Assembly (NCBI GenBank): GCA_964521095.1
Contig: CAZFPJ010000002.1
Coordinates: 21,108-85,107, forward strand
Origin: an uncultured Candidatus Saccharibacteria bacterium
GTDB taxonomy: Bacteria; Patescibacteriota; Saccharimonadia; Saccharimonadales; 2-12-FULL-41-12
DNA: 64,000 bases
Reading direction: 5' to 3'
The notes under the pieces were generated by a model. That model did not search any database, was not told where the DNA came from, and was given only the letters and a program-made list of their open reading frames with translations. Shown piece by piece: positions 1 to 8,966 of the stretch (the first letter of the stretch is position 1; each line of letters begins with the position of its first letter). Both the position numbers and the translations under genes were made by a program.

Positions 1-998
1 GCGTCTGTAGTTGTAATGATTGTCTGGTGGTCCTTTAAGTAATTGGTTAGGGTTTTTCGGCGCAGGCCGTCTAGTTCACTAAACACATCGTCAAGAAGTA
101 AAAGTGGTTTTTGGCCGGTTTCTTTTTCTATCAACTGTAGTTCGATAATTTTTAAGGCCAACACCAGGCTCCTGGTTTCACCCCTAGAAGCTAAAAAGGA
201 GTGGTTCTTGTCGCCAAAAACAAAACCAATGTCATCTCTGTGGGGGCCTAGCCCCGTAAAGCCTCGCAAGCTGTCTAGCTCGATGTTTTTTTGCAGGCCA
301 GCCATTAGCGAGTTTGTGTAGTTTTTTGTATTAGTTTTTGACAAATATTCAATCTTTACCTTGGTTGGGGTGCCCGCGATAATACTATAAATATCGGATA
401 AAGATTCATTTATTTGCTCTATCAGTTTGTTTCTTTGAGCCACTACGGCAGACGCTAGTTCCACAAACTTAACATCCCATACAAACAGCTGTGTAGTTGG
501 CGTGGTGCCTTGTTTTAATAGGCTGTTTCTTTGAGCCACAACCCGTTTGTATTTATTTATATTCAAGGAATAGTTGGCGTCGGTTTGGATTAATAGGTTA
601 TCTATAAAACTCCTACGAATAGAGGGCTCTCCATGTAGTAGATTTAGGTTGTTGGGTTCAAACAAAACAATTGGTTGGTTTTTGCTTTGCGGTAGACGCC
701 TGTAGTTTTTGTCATCTACTACAAACTCTTTGGTTGGTGCCTCGGCTCCCTTTATTTTGACGGTCCGACTTTGATTATCTGTTGTGTGGGCGTCTATTCT
801 AGCCCAATCTAGTCCGCTAGTTATCATCTGTTGGTTGCTCCGATATGTTTTGCCGACAGACACCACCATAAGTGCTTCTATGAGGTTGGTTTTGCCTGTA
901 GCATTGGGACCCACAACAATATTAACCCCGCCTCCAAGTTCAAAAGACGCATCTTTGTATGATCTAAAGTTCTGCAAATGTATGTCGGTAAATATCAC
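1..998 (-). CDS. recF: DNA replication/repair protein RecF (3' end runs off window)
   Basis: The minus-strand frame is open from the window edge to GTG at 996-998. Translation starts VIFTDIHLQNFRSYKDASFELGGGVNIVVGPNATGKTNL (RecF N-terminus with Walker A) and later reads LLLLDDVFSELD. It lies directly downstream of dnaN. It is absent from the ORF track because no stop lies in the window. Confidence 0.85.
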   Translation of the reverse strand, partial: MIFTDIHLQNFRSYKDASFELGGGVNIVVGPNATGKTNLIEALMVVSVGKTYRSNQQMITSGLDWARIDAHTTDNQSRTVKIKGAEAPTKEFVVDDKNYRRLPQSKNQPIVLFEPNNLNLLHGEPSIRRSFIDNLLIQTDANYSLNINKYKRVVAQRNSLLKQGTTPTTQLFVWDVKFVELASAVVAQRNKLIEQINESLSDIYSIIAGTPTKVKIEYLSKTNTKNYTNSLMAGLQKNIELDSLRGFTGLGPHRDDIGFVFGDKNHSFLASRGETRSLVLALKIIELQLIEKETGQKPLLLLDDVFSELDGLRRKTLTNYLKDHQTIITTTD

Positions 999-1015
999 CG
1001 CTACATTATCTCATG

Positions 1016-2107
1016 TTAGCTTTTTAGTGGCATAACAATATGTATATAGTCGCTACTATTTTTCCCAGCAAGCACACAAGGCTCTAGCTTACCATTAAAA
1101 GAAATCTCTACCTCGCTAGAGTCAATAACATTCAAAGCGTCTAGTATGTATCTTGAGTTTAGGGTGATGGACCCTTCACCATTAACTTTTGCCTCGGCCT
1201 CGGCTGTGTTTTCTCCTAGTTGTGATGCGATGGATTTTATCCTTACCAAACCCACTTCTTCGCTTAGCTCAATTGTTACACTACCTGCAGACTCTCTAGC
1301 AAACAAGCTAGACACTTTGGTTATGTTTATTAGGTCGGCTTTTTTTAGAGTTGCCGTTGTACTGAAGTTGTTTGGAATAAGTTTTTTGTAGTCGGGGTAG
1401 GTTCCCTCGATAAGCCTTGTCACAAGCTCGGTATCATCAACCTTAAAAAACACCTGTTGATCATCGTGCATCACCAGAACATCCTCTTCTGTGTCGGGTA
1501 GTATACGAAGGAGGTCTTGGACGGATGACGCCGGTATTAGCAGTTTTACTTCCTGGTTTAGTTTTGTGATTTTCTTTTCACCCAAACGATAACTGTCGGT
1601 AGACGCCCCAAACAATAGCCCTTCTGTTGTGTGTAAATAAACACCCGTCAAAACTGGTCGGGCTTCATCGTTGCTGGCCGCCACAATAACTTGTTGCAAT
1701 GATTTCTTTAATTGATTAGCTGGGATCTTCCATTGAATGCCGTTGGTAATTGTTGGCATAGTTGGGTACTCATCGGCTGTTATGCCGTTTATGGTAGATT
1801 GGTATTTTTCGGTGGATATGTGTAGTTTTGTGTCTTTTAGTGATATATCTATTGTTTCCGATGGCAAACTACCAACAAAATCCTGCATCAACTTAGCTGG
1901 AACAGTTATAGATCCTTCGCTAGCTACTTTTGATCCAATGTATTGAGTTATTGCAATGTTTAGGTTTGTTGCCACCACACAAACTCTATTGTCGACGGTT
2001 TTTATAAGAATATTAGAAAGAATAGGCAGGGTATTTCTGGTATTTGCAACTTTAGCTACATTATTAAGTGCTTTGTTTAGATTTCCTTGGGTGACTTGAA
2101 ATTTCAT
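1016..2107 (-). CDS. dnaN: DNA polymerase III beta sliding clamp
   Basis: 363-aa ORF starting MKFQVTQGNLNKALNNVAKV..TLPILSNILI, a typical clamp N-terminus with three-domain length. It sits in dnaA-dnaN-recF synteny. Confidence 0.95.
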   Translation of the reverse strand: MKFQVTQGNLNKALNNVAKVANTRNTLPILSNILIKTVDNRVCVVATNLNIAITQYIGSKVASEGSITVPAKLMQDFVGSLPSETIDISLKDTKLHISTEKYQSTINGITADEYPTMPTITNGIQWKIPANQLKKSLQQVIVAASNDEARPVLTGVYLHTTEGLLFGASTDSYRLGEKKITKLNQEVKLLIPASSVQDLLRILPDTEEDVLVMHDDQQVFFKVDDTELVTRLIEGTYPDYKKLIPNNFSTTATLKKADLINITKVSSLFARESAGSVTIELSEEVGLVRIKSIASQLGENTAEAEAKVNGEGSITLNSRYILDALNVIDSSEVEISFNGKLEPCVLAGKNSSDYIHIVMPLKS

Positions 2108-2359
2108 TAGTATTTAACCTCTTTTATTAATAAGTAAGTAGTAGTTTTAGTTATAAACCCTGTGAATAAAGTGTATAAAACAGTACTAACAGAGTGAAAA
2201 AACCCAAAAAACTGTGTGATTGATGGTGAAAAACTTTTGAAAAAACTGTGGTAAACCAGAGCTGTTTTACCCAGCCTCATAATCCAAAAAACAACAACTG
2301 TTAAAAACCCACTAGTTTTCCAGGACTCATCCACAACCCATCCCCGACTATTCCACACA
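2108..2359. other. dnaA-dnaN intergenic DnaA-box cluster with an AT-rich tract (candidate oriC half / DUE)
   Basis: Near-consensus DnaA boxes: TGTGAATAA 2161-2169, TCATCCACA 2327-2335, TATTCCACA 2349-2357, and weaker TGTGGTAAA 2247-2255. An AT-rich run lies at 2108-2160. Confidence 0.5.
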
Positions 2360-3730
2360 CTATACATATAGACGCTCCTTTATATCTGTTATCGCAGAAC
2401 GAATTCCTTCATCAAAAACCTGTTCTTTATTTATTTTATCTACAGAATGTATTGCGGTTGTGTGGTCTTTACGGCCAAGCTCCCGAGCTATTTTAGGGAA
2501 GCTAAGGTGTAATTCTCCGCGCATAATATACATAGCAATTTGCCTAGGCACCACAATATCTTTGTCGCGCTTTGGACTTAACAGATCCTCTACCGATAAA
2601 TGAAAGTGTTTGGCGGTTTTTTCTATGATATTACGGGCCGTAATGTGTTTTGGTCGACTTTTTTGGTTACCAAGTAGTCCAACAGCAATATCTACACTCG
2701 GTTCAATGTTTCGCATCTCGCAAAAAGCGATTAATTGGTTAAGCGCCCCCTCTAGTTCTCGAATGTTGTTTTGTACAAAACCAGCCAGGTGCTCCATTAC
2801 ATCTTGGGACAAAACAAAGCCATGGGCCTGAGCTTTTGTCTGCAGTATTACACAGCGAGTTTCAAAGTCGGGCGCCTGCATATCAATTGCCATGCCCCAC
2901 TCAAACCTAGAGCGTAATCTGTCTGTCAGAGTAGGGATGTCTTTTGGTCGAGTGTCGCTACTAATAATGATTTGCTTGTTCGCCTGGTGTAATGCATTAA
3001 AAGTATGAAAAAACTCTTCTTGGGTTTTTTCTTTGCCAGCAATAAACTGAACATCATCAACAATCAACACATCGGCACTTCGGTAGTAGCCAGCAAAGTC
3101 GGTATTTTTTTTGTACCTAATGGCGTCTAAAAACTCTTGAACAAACTGCTCTGTAGAGATATAAACCACCCTAGCGTTGCTGTTGCGTTCTTTTATGGCG
3201 GTTCCAACAGCCTGGATTAGGTGAGTTTTTCCAATACCAACCCCACCATACAAGAATAAGGGGTTATATTTTGTACCAGGCTTTTCGGCTATGGCTTGGC
3301 AGGCAGCGTGGGCCAACTCGTTTCCGCCCCCAACGATAAAGTTGTCAAAGGTGTAGCGTTCGTTTAACCCTTGTCTATAACTATGGCGAAGACTGCTGTT
3401 CTTTGGGCCAGGGTTAGCAGAGGGAGATGTTTTGTCGATGCTTAAAATGACTGGCTCGTCTTCAATCTTGCGATTTATGGTAGAGGCAGGCAAGATTTTA
3501 TATTCGATTTTTTCTGTAACAACATCATTTTTGCCAAGGGTTTCAATGATCAGGTCGTTAAACTTTCGCTCCAGGTGCTGTTTTATAAATACATTCGGTG
3601 CCCCAATCACGACACAGTCATCTTTTATTCGAAGCAGGCGAGTGTTTTTAAACCAAGTGGCGTAGTTCCCGTGCGAAACCCCCAGCTCTATTTCGCCCAA
3701 GACCGCTTGCCATAAGCCACTAGTATCCAT
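2360..3730 (-). CDS. dnaA: Chromosomal replication initiator DnaA
   Basis: The ORF track gives 2360..4057. The canonical N-terminus MDTSGLWQAVLGEIE starts at ATG 3728-3730. It has Walker A GGVGIGKTHL, an AAA+ core and the C-terminal DNA-binding helix region (RQIAMYIMRE..HTTAIHS). Confidence 0.95.
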   Translation of the reverse strand: MDTSGLWQAVLGEIELGVSHGNYATWFKNTRLLRIKDDCVVIGAPNVFIKQHLERKFNDLIIETLGKNDVVTEKIEYKILPASTINRKIEDEPVILSIDKTSPSANPGPKNSSLRHSYRQGLNERYTFDNFIVGGGNELAHAACQAIAEKPGTKYNPLFLYGGVGIGKTHLIQAVGTAIKERNSNARVVYISTEQFVQEFLDAIRYKKNTDFAGYYRSADVLIVDDVQFIAGKEKTQEEFFHTFNALHQANKQIIISSDTRPKDIPTLTDRLRSRFEWGMAIDMQAPDFETRCVILQTKAQAHGFVLSQDVMEHLAGFVQNNIRELEGALNQLIAFCEMRNIEPSVDIAVGLLGNQKSRPKHITARNIIEKTAKHFHLSVEDLLSPKRDKDIVVPRQIAMYIMRGELHLSFPKIARELGRKDHTTAIHSVDKINKEQVFDEGIRSAITDIKERLYV

Positions 3731-4085
3731 GGTTGCTGTACTGCTTCCCTCCAAAATAAGTTCCTTTTTGGCGTCCCTGCCAACAAAATTTATTGTTTGT
3801 GTATCAAAAACTATACACACAAAACAAGTCTTTTTCCACAGCAATAATAGTTTTAGGTTCAAATCCATAAAAAACCACCAAAACAGAGATGAAGTTATAC
3901 ACAGGATAATTCTACAGGGGTAATTTTGTGGAAAAGACTTGGCTAACAGTGGAAAACTTGATAAGATATAGGGGAGTAATATTGTTAATTTTACCCAAAA
4001 CAGCCGTGGTTTTTGTAGAAATTCAAAAACACCAGAAATCATTTTGGGGGTTATCAAAAAACACCAGAGAGGATAGAATAGACTA
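3731..4085. other. dnaA-rpmH intergenic DnaA-box cluster (candidate oriC / dnaA autoregulatory region)
   Basis: TTTTCCACA at 3832-3840 and its exact complement TGTGGAAAA at 3927-3935. Also TTATACACA 3895-3903, AGTGGAAAA 3948-3956 and CTATACACA 3811-3819. The context is A/T-rich between divergent dnaA and rpmH. Confidence 0.6.
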
Positions 4086-4223
4086 ATGCCAAAAAGAACA
4101 TTTCAGCCAAAGGTTCGTCGTCGCTCCAGAGTACACGGGTTTATTAAGCGTATGTCGACAAAGTCAGGACGCAATGTATTAAAGCGTCGTCGCCTAAAAC
4201 AGCGCGCTCGCCTGTCTCATTAA
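4086..4223 (+). CDS. rpmH: 50S ribosomal protein L34
   Basis: Not in the ORF track because it is too short. ATG 4086 to TAA 4221-4223 translates to [45 protein letters not shown], the classic L34 sequence. It is followed by rnpA. Confidence 0.95.
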   Translation: MPKRTFQPKVRRRSRVHGFIKRMSTKSGRNVLKRRRLKQRARLSH

Positions 4224-4254
4224 AGACGGGCCTTATAACAAAAGGACCACAACA

Positions 4255-4602
4255 GTGATACGCCGAAAAAATCGATTCCATGGCCGTGGATCTCTTAATT
4301 TTGTTTACAAAAACGGCCGAACAGCCAGGTCCAAAGATATGGCCATAAAGTTTACTCCTGCTCGCCAGGAAGATTATCGGCTAGCTGTTGTTGTTAGCAA
4401 AAAAGTAAACAAGTCTGCCGTTGTCCGCAACAGAATTCGGCGCCGACTTTACGAGGCTTTCAGACACCACAGGGCGCTTGTAGGCGTAAACCTGCCCTAC
4501 GACATTATATTAACCGTATACGATGACCAGGTGGCCAATATGGATGCTCAGCATCTAAAAAACCAACTCCACGACTTACTCAAAAGAGCCAGAATTGCCT
4601 AG
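4255..4602 (+). CDS. rnpA: Ribonuclease P protein component
   Basis: Basic 115-aa protein with a GTG start. It carries the RNR motif region (VVRNRIRRRL) and sits in rpmH-rnpA-yidC synteny. Confidence 0.9.
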   Translation: MIRRKNRFHGRGSLNFVYKNGRTARSKDMAIKFTPARQEDYRLAVVVSKKVNKSAVVRNRIRRRLYEAFRHHRALVGVNLPYDIILTVYDDQVANMDAQHLKNQLHDLLKRARIA

Positions 4603-4680
4603 GCATCTACTTATTTTTGGTAGAATCCCAACCCCTAGACATGCTACAGTAGTTAGTAAAGACAAAAGGAGTCCACTTAG

Positions 4681-5598
4681 TTGATTAATTTTTTTCAGAC
4701 CTATATAGAGCGCTCCGTTTTTAATTTGCTAGAGTTCATATATGCCAGTATTCCTGGCCATGATCTTGGCATTGCCATCATCATATTTACTCTTGTTATT
4801 AGGCTGGCTTTGTGGCCATTGGTTCGCAAACAACTGCATCACACAAAGGCCATGCGCAAGCTTCAGCCAGAGCTAAAAAAGATCAAAAAAGCATCTGCCG
4901 GCGACCGCCAAAAAGAGGCTCGCTTGCAGATGGAGTTATACAAAGAGCATGGAGTTAAACCTTTTTCTACCATCGGCACACTAATTGTCCAGATACCCAT
5001 CTTTATCGCCCTTTACCAGTCTGTGCTAAAGCTCATCAAAGACCCGAACATCCTGCAGACATCTGCTTATGAGTCTATAAAAAACATGCCATACATCCAG
5101 AGTGTTGGCGCAGACATAACCAAGTTCGAGCATACCTTTCTTGGGTTGGTTGACCTGTCTCGAACCGGCTTAGGCCAGCCAGGCATCTATATCCCCGCAA
5201 TTATCCTTGGTGTTATCGCCGCCACAGCACAGTTTTATCAGAGCAAGATGTTGCTACCCGACAGCAAAGACTCTCGCAAACTATCTACCATCTTAAAAGA
5301 GGCTAGCTCTGGCAAAGAGGCCGATCAGACAGAAGTTAGCGCCGCAGTCAGCCGAAGCATGATGTACTTCTTGCCAGGAATTACCTTCGTTTTTGCAATT
5401 AGTGTTCCCTCCGCCCTGTCTCTATACCTAATAACTAGCGCTGGTGTTGGTATATTCCAGCAAAAACTAGCATTTAAAGAAGACGAAGAAGACATGCAAA
5501 AAATCGCCGACGAAGAAGTTGAGATAATCGATCCTCCTAAAAAACCAAAAACCAAAAAGAAAAAGTCGTCTACAGCTAAAAAAAGGAGGCGTAAATGA
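4681..5598 (+). CDS. yidC: Membrane protein insertase YidC/Oxa1 family (short, Gram-positive type)
   Basis: TTG start preceded by AAGGAG. Multi-TM protein with a K/R-rich C-terminal tail (KKPKTKKKKSSTAKKRRRK). The synteny fits. Confidence 0.9.
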   Translation: MINFFQTYIERSVFNLLEFIYASIPGHDLGIAIIIFTLVIRLALWPLVRKQLHHTKAMRKLQPELKKIKKASAGDRQKEARLQMELYKEHGVKPFSTIGTLIVQIPIFIALYQSVLKLIKDPNILQTSAYESIKNMPYIQSVGADITKFEHTFLGLVDLSRTGLGQPGIYIPAIILGVIAATAQFYQSKMLLPDSKDSRKLSTILKEASSGKEADQTEVSAAVSRSMMYFLPGITFVFAISVPSALSLYLITSAGVGIFQQKLAFKEDEEDMQKIADEEVEIIDPPKKPKTKKKKSSTAKKRRRK

Positions 5599-6062
5599 GC
5601 AAAACAATAGAAGAATCAATAACATTCTCCCAAAAATACTTAGAAGACATGTTGTCGTTTTTTGGGCTAAATACAGAGGTGCGAGCCCACAACAGCGAAG
5701 ACGAAGTTGTAGAGCTTCATGTGCCATCAACGCACCTAAACGGCTTTCTTATCGGCAATCGTGGCGAGACTCTGCACGCCATGCAGTTTTTGGTTAGTAG
5801 CGCTCTCAAAAATGGCGAGTATCCGCTAACCCGGGTCAACATAGATGTCGCCGAATACAAACAGCAACGGGCAGACAGACTATCGGAAAAGGCCCTGGCT
5901 TGGATAGCCGAAGTCAAAGAATCTGGCCAGCCCAAAAGTCTTCGGCCCATGAATGCCGCAGATCGCCGAACAATTCACAAACTAGCTGGCGAAAACAATC
6001 TAGACACCGAATCAGAAGGCGAGGGGCGCGAGCGCCACATCGTTTTAAAACCAGCCAAATAA
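5595..6062 (+). CDS. jag: Jag/KhpB-like RNA-binding protein (KH + R3H domains)
   Basis: 4-nt overlap with yidC. KH-like GNRGETLHAMQFL and R3H-like MNAADRRTIHKL motifs are present. Confidence 0.85.
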   Translation: MSKTIEESITFSQKYLEDMLSFFGLNTEVRAHNSEDEVVELHVPSTHLNGFLIGNRGETLHAMQFLVSSALKNGEYPLTRVNIDVAEYKQQRADRLSEKALAWIAEVKESGQPKSLRPMNAADRRTIHKLAGENNLDTESEGEGRERHIVLKPAK

Positions 6063-6078
6063 GGACGAAGTGGGGTTT

Positions 6079-6534
6079 TTAGCGGTGGGCTTTTTTGCGT
6101 TTAGACTTTGGTTTCTTCTTTTTTGGTGGTTTTGTTACGGTTGGCTCTGGTTGGGCAAGCGACCGCACTTTTTTGTTATCATAAACCCCCCACGCCAATA
6201 GCAGTACAATTATCGCCCCAAGTGCTACCAAGAATATTAATATATTTCTAAGCAAAGTGCTTTCTGCGCGCAGACTAGCTTCTTCTGAAGGCGTGGCAGA
6301 AATTGGCGTTGGCGCCAGGGGAACACTTTGTCCGCCAGAGAGCTTGTCCAGAGAATTGGCAGACCCTTGGGTGTTGTTGGGTGTATTCTGAACGCTCTGT
6401 CCGCTACCTTGCAGAGCACTTCCTTGATTCTGCAGAGGACTGCTAGTGGCATTATTTTGAACTTCTTGCGCATTAACACTGCTTGGTAGCGCCAGCAGTA
6501 ATCCTGCAATTATTAATATTTTTGTTATTTTCAT
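6079..6534 (-). CDS. Secreted, C-terminally anchored low-complexity protein (unknown function)
   Basis: Signal peptide MKITKILIIAGLLLALPSSVNAQE, a Q/S/N/G-rich middle, a C-terminal TM helix and a lysine-rich tail. Confidence 0.6.
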   Translation of the reverse strand: MKITKILIIAGLLLALPSSVNAQEVQNNATSSPLQNQGSALQGSGQSVQNTPNNTQGSANSLDKLSGGQSVPLAPTPISATPSEEASLRAESTLLRNILIFLVALGAIIVLLLAWGVYDNKKVRSLAQPEPTVTKPPKKKKPKSKRKKAHR

Positions 6535-6537
6535 AAA

Positions 6538-7647
6538 TTATCTAGATCCCTCAAGCACTTCATTATAGACGGCCTTGGTTTGTTTCGCCATTTTATCCCA
6601 CGAATATTTTTTGACCTGGTTTTGGCCGTTTTTAATTAACTTTTCTTTCAGCCTGTCATTGCGTAGGAGTTCGTTAATAGCTCGGGCGATGTCTGGTATC
6701 TCTAGTGGGTCAAAATAAGATGCACCATCACCAAATACCTCCGGCAGGCAAGTTGCGTTGCTGCTAACTAGTGCGCAGTTGTTCTGCATTGCCTCTAGCC
6801 CAGGTATGGCAAACCCCTCGCTCAAAGAGGGCAATACATAGGCCTCGGCGTTTTTATGTAGCCAGCGCATCTCTGGGTCGGGCACAAATCCATAAAACAA
6901 GATAGAGTCTTTGACGGGGCTATTTTGCGCCCAGCCTTCTAGCTCTTTGTAGTATTGTTCCTTTTTGCCTCCCAAAATTAGCTGGAGGTCAGGTTGAGTT
7001 TCTTTAACAATTTCGAATGCCTGAATCAATCGCTTTATGTTTTTGTGCGGAAAAGGGCTCCCCACATGAAAGATAAAGGGTTTTTTGGCGCCTTTTAGGG
7101 CAACTGGTTTTACAGACGAGTCCAGGTGGTCGCTAGACTCGTGGGTCACCCGTAGCTTTTGCTCTGTGCCGGGGTAACTTTGCTCAATATCGTCTGCTAC
7201 AAACTGGGTCGGAGTTATTATTCGTGCAGATTTTTTGTGTGCCCACCACATCATTAGCTGGTAAGCGTTCATCCGCAAAAAATGCACCCACTTCGGTAGC
7301 TTTCCGGGGCGAGTATAGCGGAGCATAGTTAGGTCGTGCGTTGTTGTAATGGTTTTGCCAAAATATAACAGAGGTTGTTGGGTCATTGTAAAGTGCACCA
7401 AATCTGGCTTTAACGAATACAGCTGGCGAGGAAAAGCTAGTTGGTCAACCGGATTCAAGCTAAATTGCTTAAACCTGCAGGGCAGGGTTGTAAAGTTTGG
7501 GTTGCTTGGCTTCCATGTGTCGTCAGGCTCTAACAAGATGGTGTATCTGTTGGCTGTGTCCGCTTTTTGCAAATGCTCAATCAGCCGGTCCGTGTATCGT
7601 CCGGTGCTAGAGCGCCTAATCCGAGCGTCTATAACTATGTGCTTCAT
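6538..7647 (-). CDS. Glycosyltransferase, GT-B fold (GT1/GT4 family)
   Basis: 369 aa. The C-terminal motif PSLSEGFAIPGLEAMQNNCALVSSNATCLPEVFGD matches the E-x7-E type GT4 signature. Confidence 0.85.
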   Translation of the reverse strand: MKHIVIDARIRRSSTGRYTDRLIEHLQKADTANRYTILLEPDDTWKPSNPNFTTLPCRFKQFSLNPVDQLAFPRQLYSLKPDLVHFTMTQQPLLYFGKTITTTHDLTMLRYTRPGKLPKWVHFLRMNAYQLMMWWAHKKSARIITPTQFVADDIEQSYPGTEQKLRVTHESSDHLDSSVKPVALKGAKKPFIFHVGSPFPHKNIKRLIQAFEIVKETQPDLQLILGGKKEQYYKELEGWAQNSPVKDSILFYGFVPDPEMRWLHKNAEAYVLPSLSEGFAIPGLEAMQNNCALVSSNATCLPEVFGDGASYFDPLEIPDIARAINELLRNDRLKEKLIKNGQNQVKKYSWDKMAKQTKAVYNEVLEGSR

Positions 7648-7910
7648 TATTTCTTATAAACCTGCCTTCTGTGCTCAACGCGTAAAACATCAATAATAGT
7701 GCCCTTAATATCAAAAACAACTCGATAGGGGCCAATCCTCCACCGATATTGCCCTTCAAAGGGTTCTTTTAATTGTACTGCAACCGATATTGGATCGTCC
7801 AAAGAGAGAAAATATTTAAGTTTTTTGATAATGATCTTTTTCTGATATTGATTAAGCTTTTTTACATCTTTCAAGGCAGGCTTCGAAAACGATAGTTTGT
7901 AGCTTGGCAT
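7647..7910 (-). CDS. RelE/ParE-family type II toxin
   Basis: 87 aa with the motif YRWRIGPYRVVFDI..IIDVLRVEHRRQVY. Its start overlaps the upstream antitoxin stop by 1 nt. Confidence 0.8.
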   Translation of the reverse strand: MPSYKLSFSKPALKDVKKLNQYQKKIIIKKLKYFLSLDDPISVAVQLKEPFEGQYRWRIGPYRVVFDIKGTIIDVLRVEHRRQVYKK

Positions 7911-8164
7911 TAATCTTTATCCCAGAGATCTCCAAATACTTCCTCGGGGGTAAATCGTTCTTTGCTAGCACGGGCCTCGGCAATGCTCTTTAGATATGCA
8001 GGGTCTTGGGATGCCAAGTAGTCTTCAAACAAGTCGATATCAATCATCGCTACTTCGTCTTTGCCTCGTCTTTTTACAATAAGCATCTCGCCAGATTTAA
8101 CAATATCAAGAGCATCACTCATGTTGTTTCTTAGGTCTGTTGCATTGATTGTCTTTGTAGTCAC
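7910..8164 (-). CDS. Phd/YefM-family antitoxin
   Basis: 84 aa with a GTG start. The N-terminus TINATDLRNNMSDALDIVKSGEMLIVKRRGKDEVAMIDIDLFE is typical of Phd/YefM. Confidence 0.8.
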   Translation of the reverse strand: MTTKTINATDLRNNMSDALDIVKSGEMLIVKRRGKDEVAMIDIDLFEDYLASQDPAYLKSIAEARASKERFTPEEVFGDLWDKD

Positions 8165-8177
8165 AATACTTCCTTTC

Positions 8178-8218
8178 TGTACATTTTAATTGTACATTTC
8201 AACTGTACAGTTTGTCAA
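8178..8218 (-). promoter_or_regulatory. Sigma70-type promoter with three TGTACA palindromes (putative Phd/RelE operator)
   Basis: The minus strand reads TTGACA (8213-8218), an 18-nt spacer, then TACAAT (8189-8194). TGTACA occurs at 8178-8183, 8191-8196 and 8204-8209, spaced 13 bp apart. An SD GAAAGGAAG precedes the GTG start. Confidence 0.6.
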
Positions 8219-8325
8219 TGCCACCGATGTTTTCTGTTTCCATCGAGTTTTAGTATAAACAATAGCGGTATATAAAATAAACTTTTCTAAACTATCAGCT
8301 ACAACCTAGGATATAATAAAGTCCA

Positions 8326-8964
8326 ATGGCAAAGCGTGGGAGCAAAACAGCTAGAAAGCAAACCCTATGGTCAAAAATAAAGGCCAAATATAGCTCTTTC
8401 TACAAAAAACGAAAGAAAACCACTGTTTTATTAAGCATAGTTGCTCTTTTGGTTGTGGCTTGTGGGGTTAGGGTGAGTTATGAGTGGACACAGTTCAAGA
8501 TAGCCGAACGCAAGGTTGATAAACTCCACCAGACTCTTGTGGATGAGCTAGGAAAGCCTCAATCGAATTACTTTGAGGGCAGTTGTAGCTATGCGTCATC
8601 TAAGTTCCAAAAGGGAGACCTAGGCTGTAGCTATGGATTCTCTTTAGAATACAAAGCTACAGATCTTAATAAGGCCAATAATATCGCCAACAAGTTCGAC
8701 AACATCATAAATCATCAAAGTAATTTCAAAATTTCATTTAGGTCACAAAACAGTCCTGTCGATTTCGCCAAGCTATACTTCAACGAAGCCGTAATTCGTT
8801 ACCAGCAGAGAGAAGGAGCGCTTCGCCCCAACTGTACGGCGCAGGCTGAACGCGCAGGCAACGAGGGATATTATGTGCCCCGCGGCATCAACGACAGAGT
8901 AATTGTTACCTTTTCGTGCGATAAGTCACCATTACTCCGACCAATCTACCCAGTTAAGGACTAG
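8326..8964 (+). CDS. N-terminally anchored extracytoplasmic protein (unknown function)
   Basis: Basic N-terminus, one TM helix (VLLSIVALLVVACGV) and an exported domain with several Cys. It lies directly upstream of the SGNH protein. Confidence 0.55.
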   Translation: MAKRGSKTARKQTLWSKIKAKYSSFYKKRKKTTVLLSIVALLVVACGVRVSYEWTQFKIAERKVDKLHQTLVDELGKPQSNYFEGSCSYASSKFQKGDLGCSYGFSLEYKATDLNKANNIANKFDNIINHQSNFKISFRSQNSPVDFAKLYFNEAVIRYQQREGALRPNCTAQAERAGNEGYYVPRGINDRVIVTFSCDKSPLLRPIYPVKD

Positions 8965-8966
8965 CC

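Noticed and set aside
3731-4057. A 109-codon N-terminal extension of the dnaA ORF. The track start is 4057.
   Set aside because: The canonical DnaA N-terminus (MDTSGLWQAVLGEIE) begins at ATG 3730. The extension is hydrophobic, F/L/W-rich sequence translated from the A/T-rich DnaA-box region, and it would run to within 29 nt of the divergent rpmH start.
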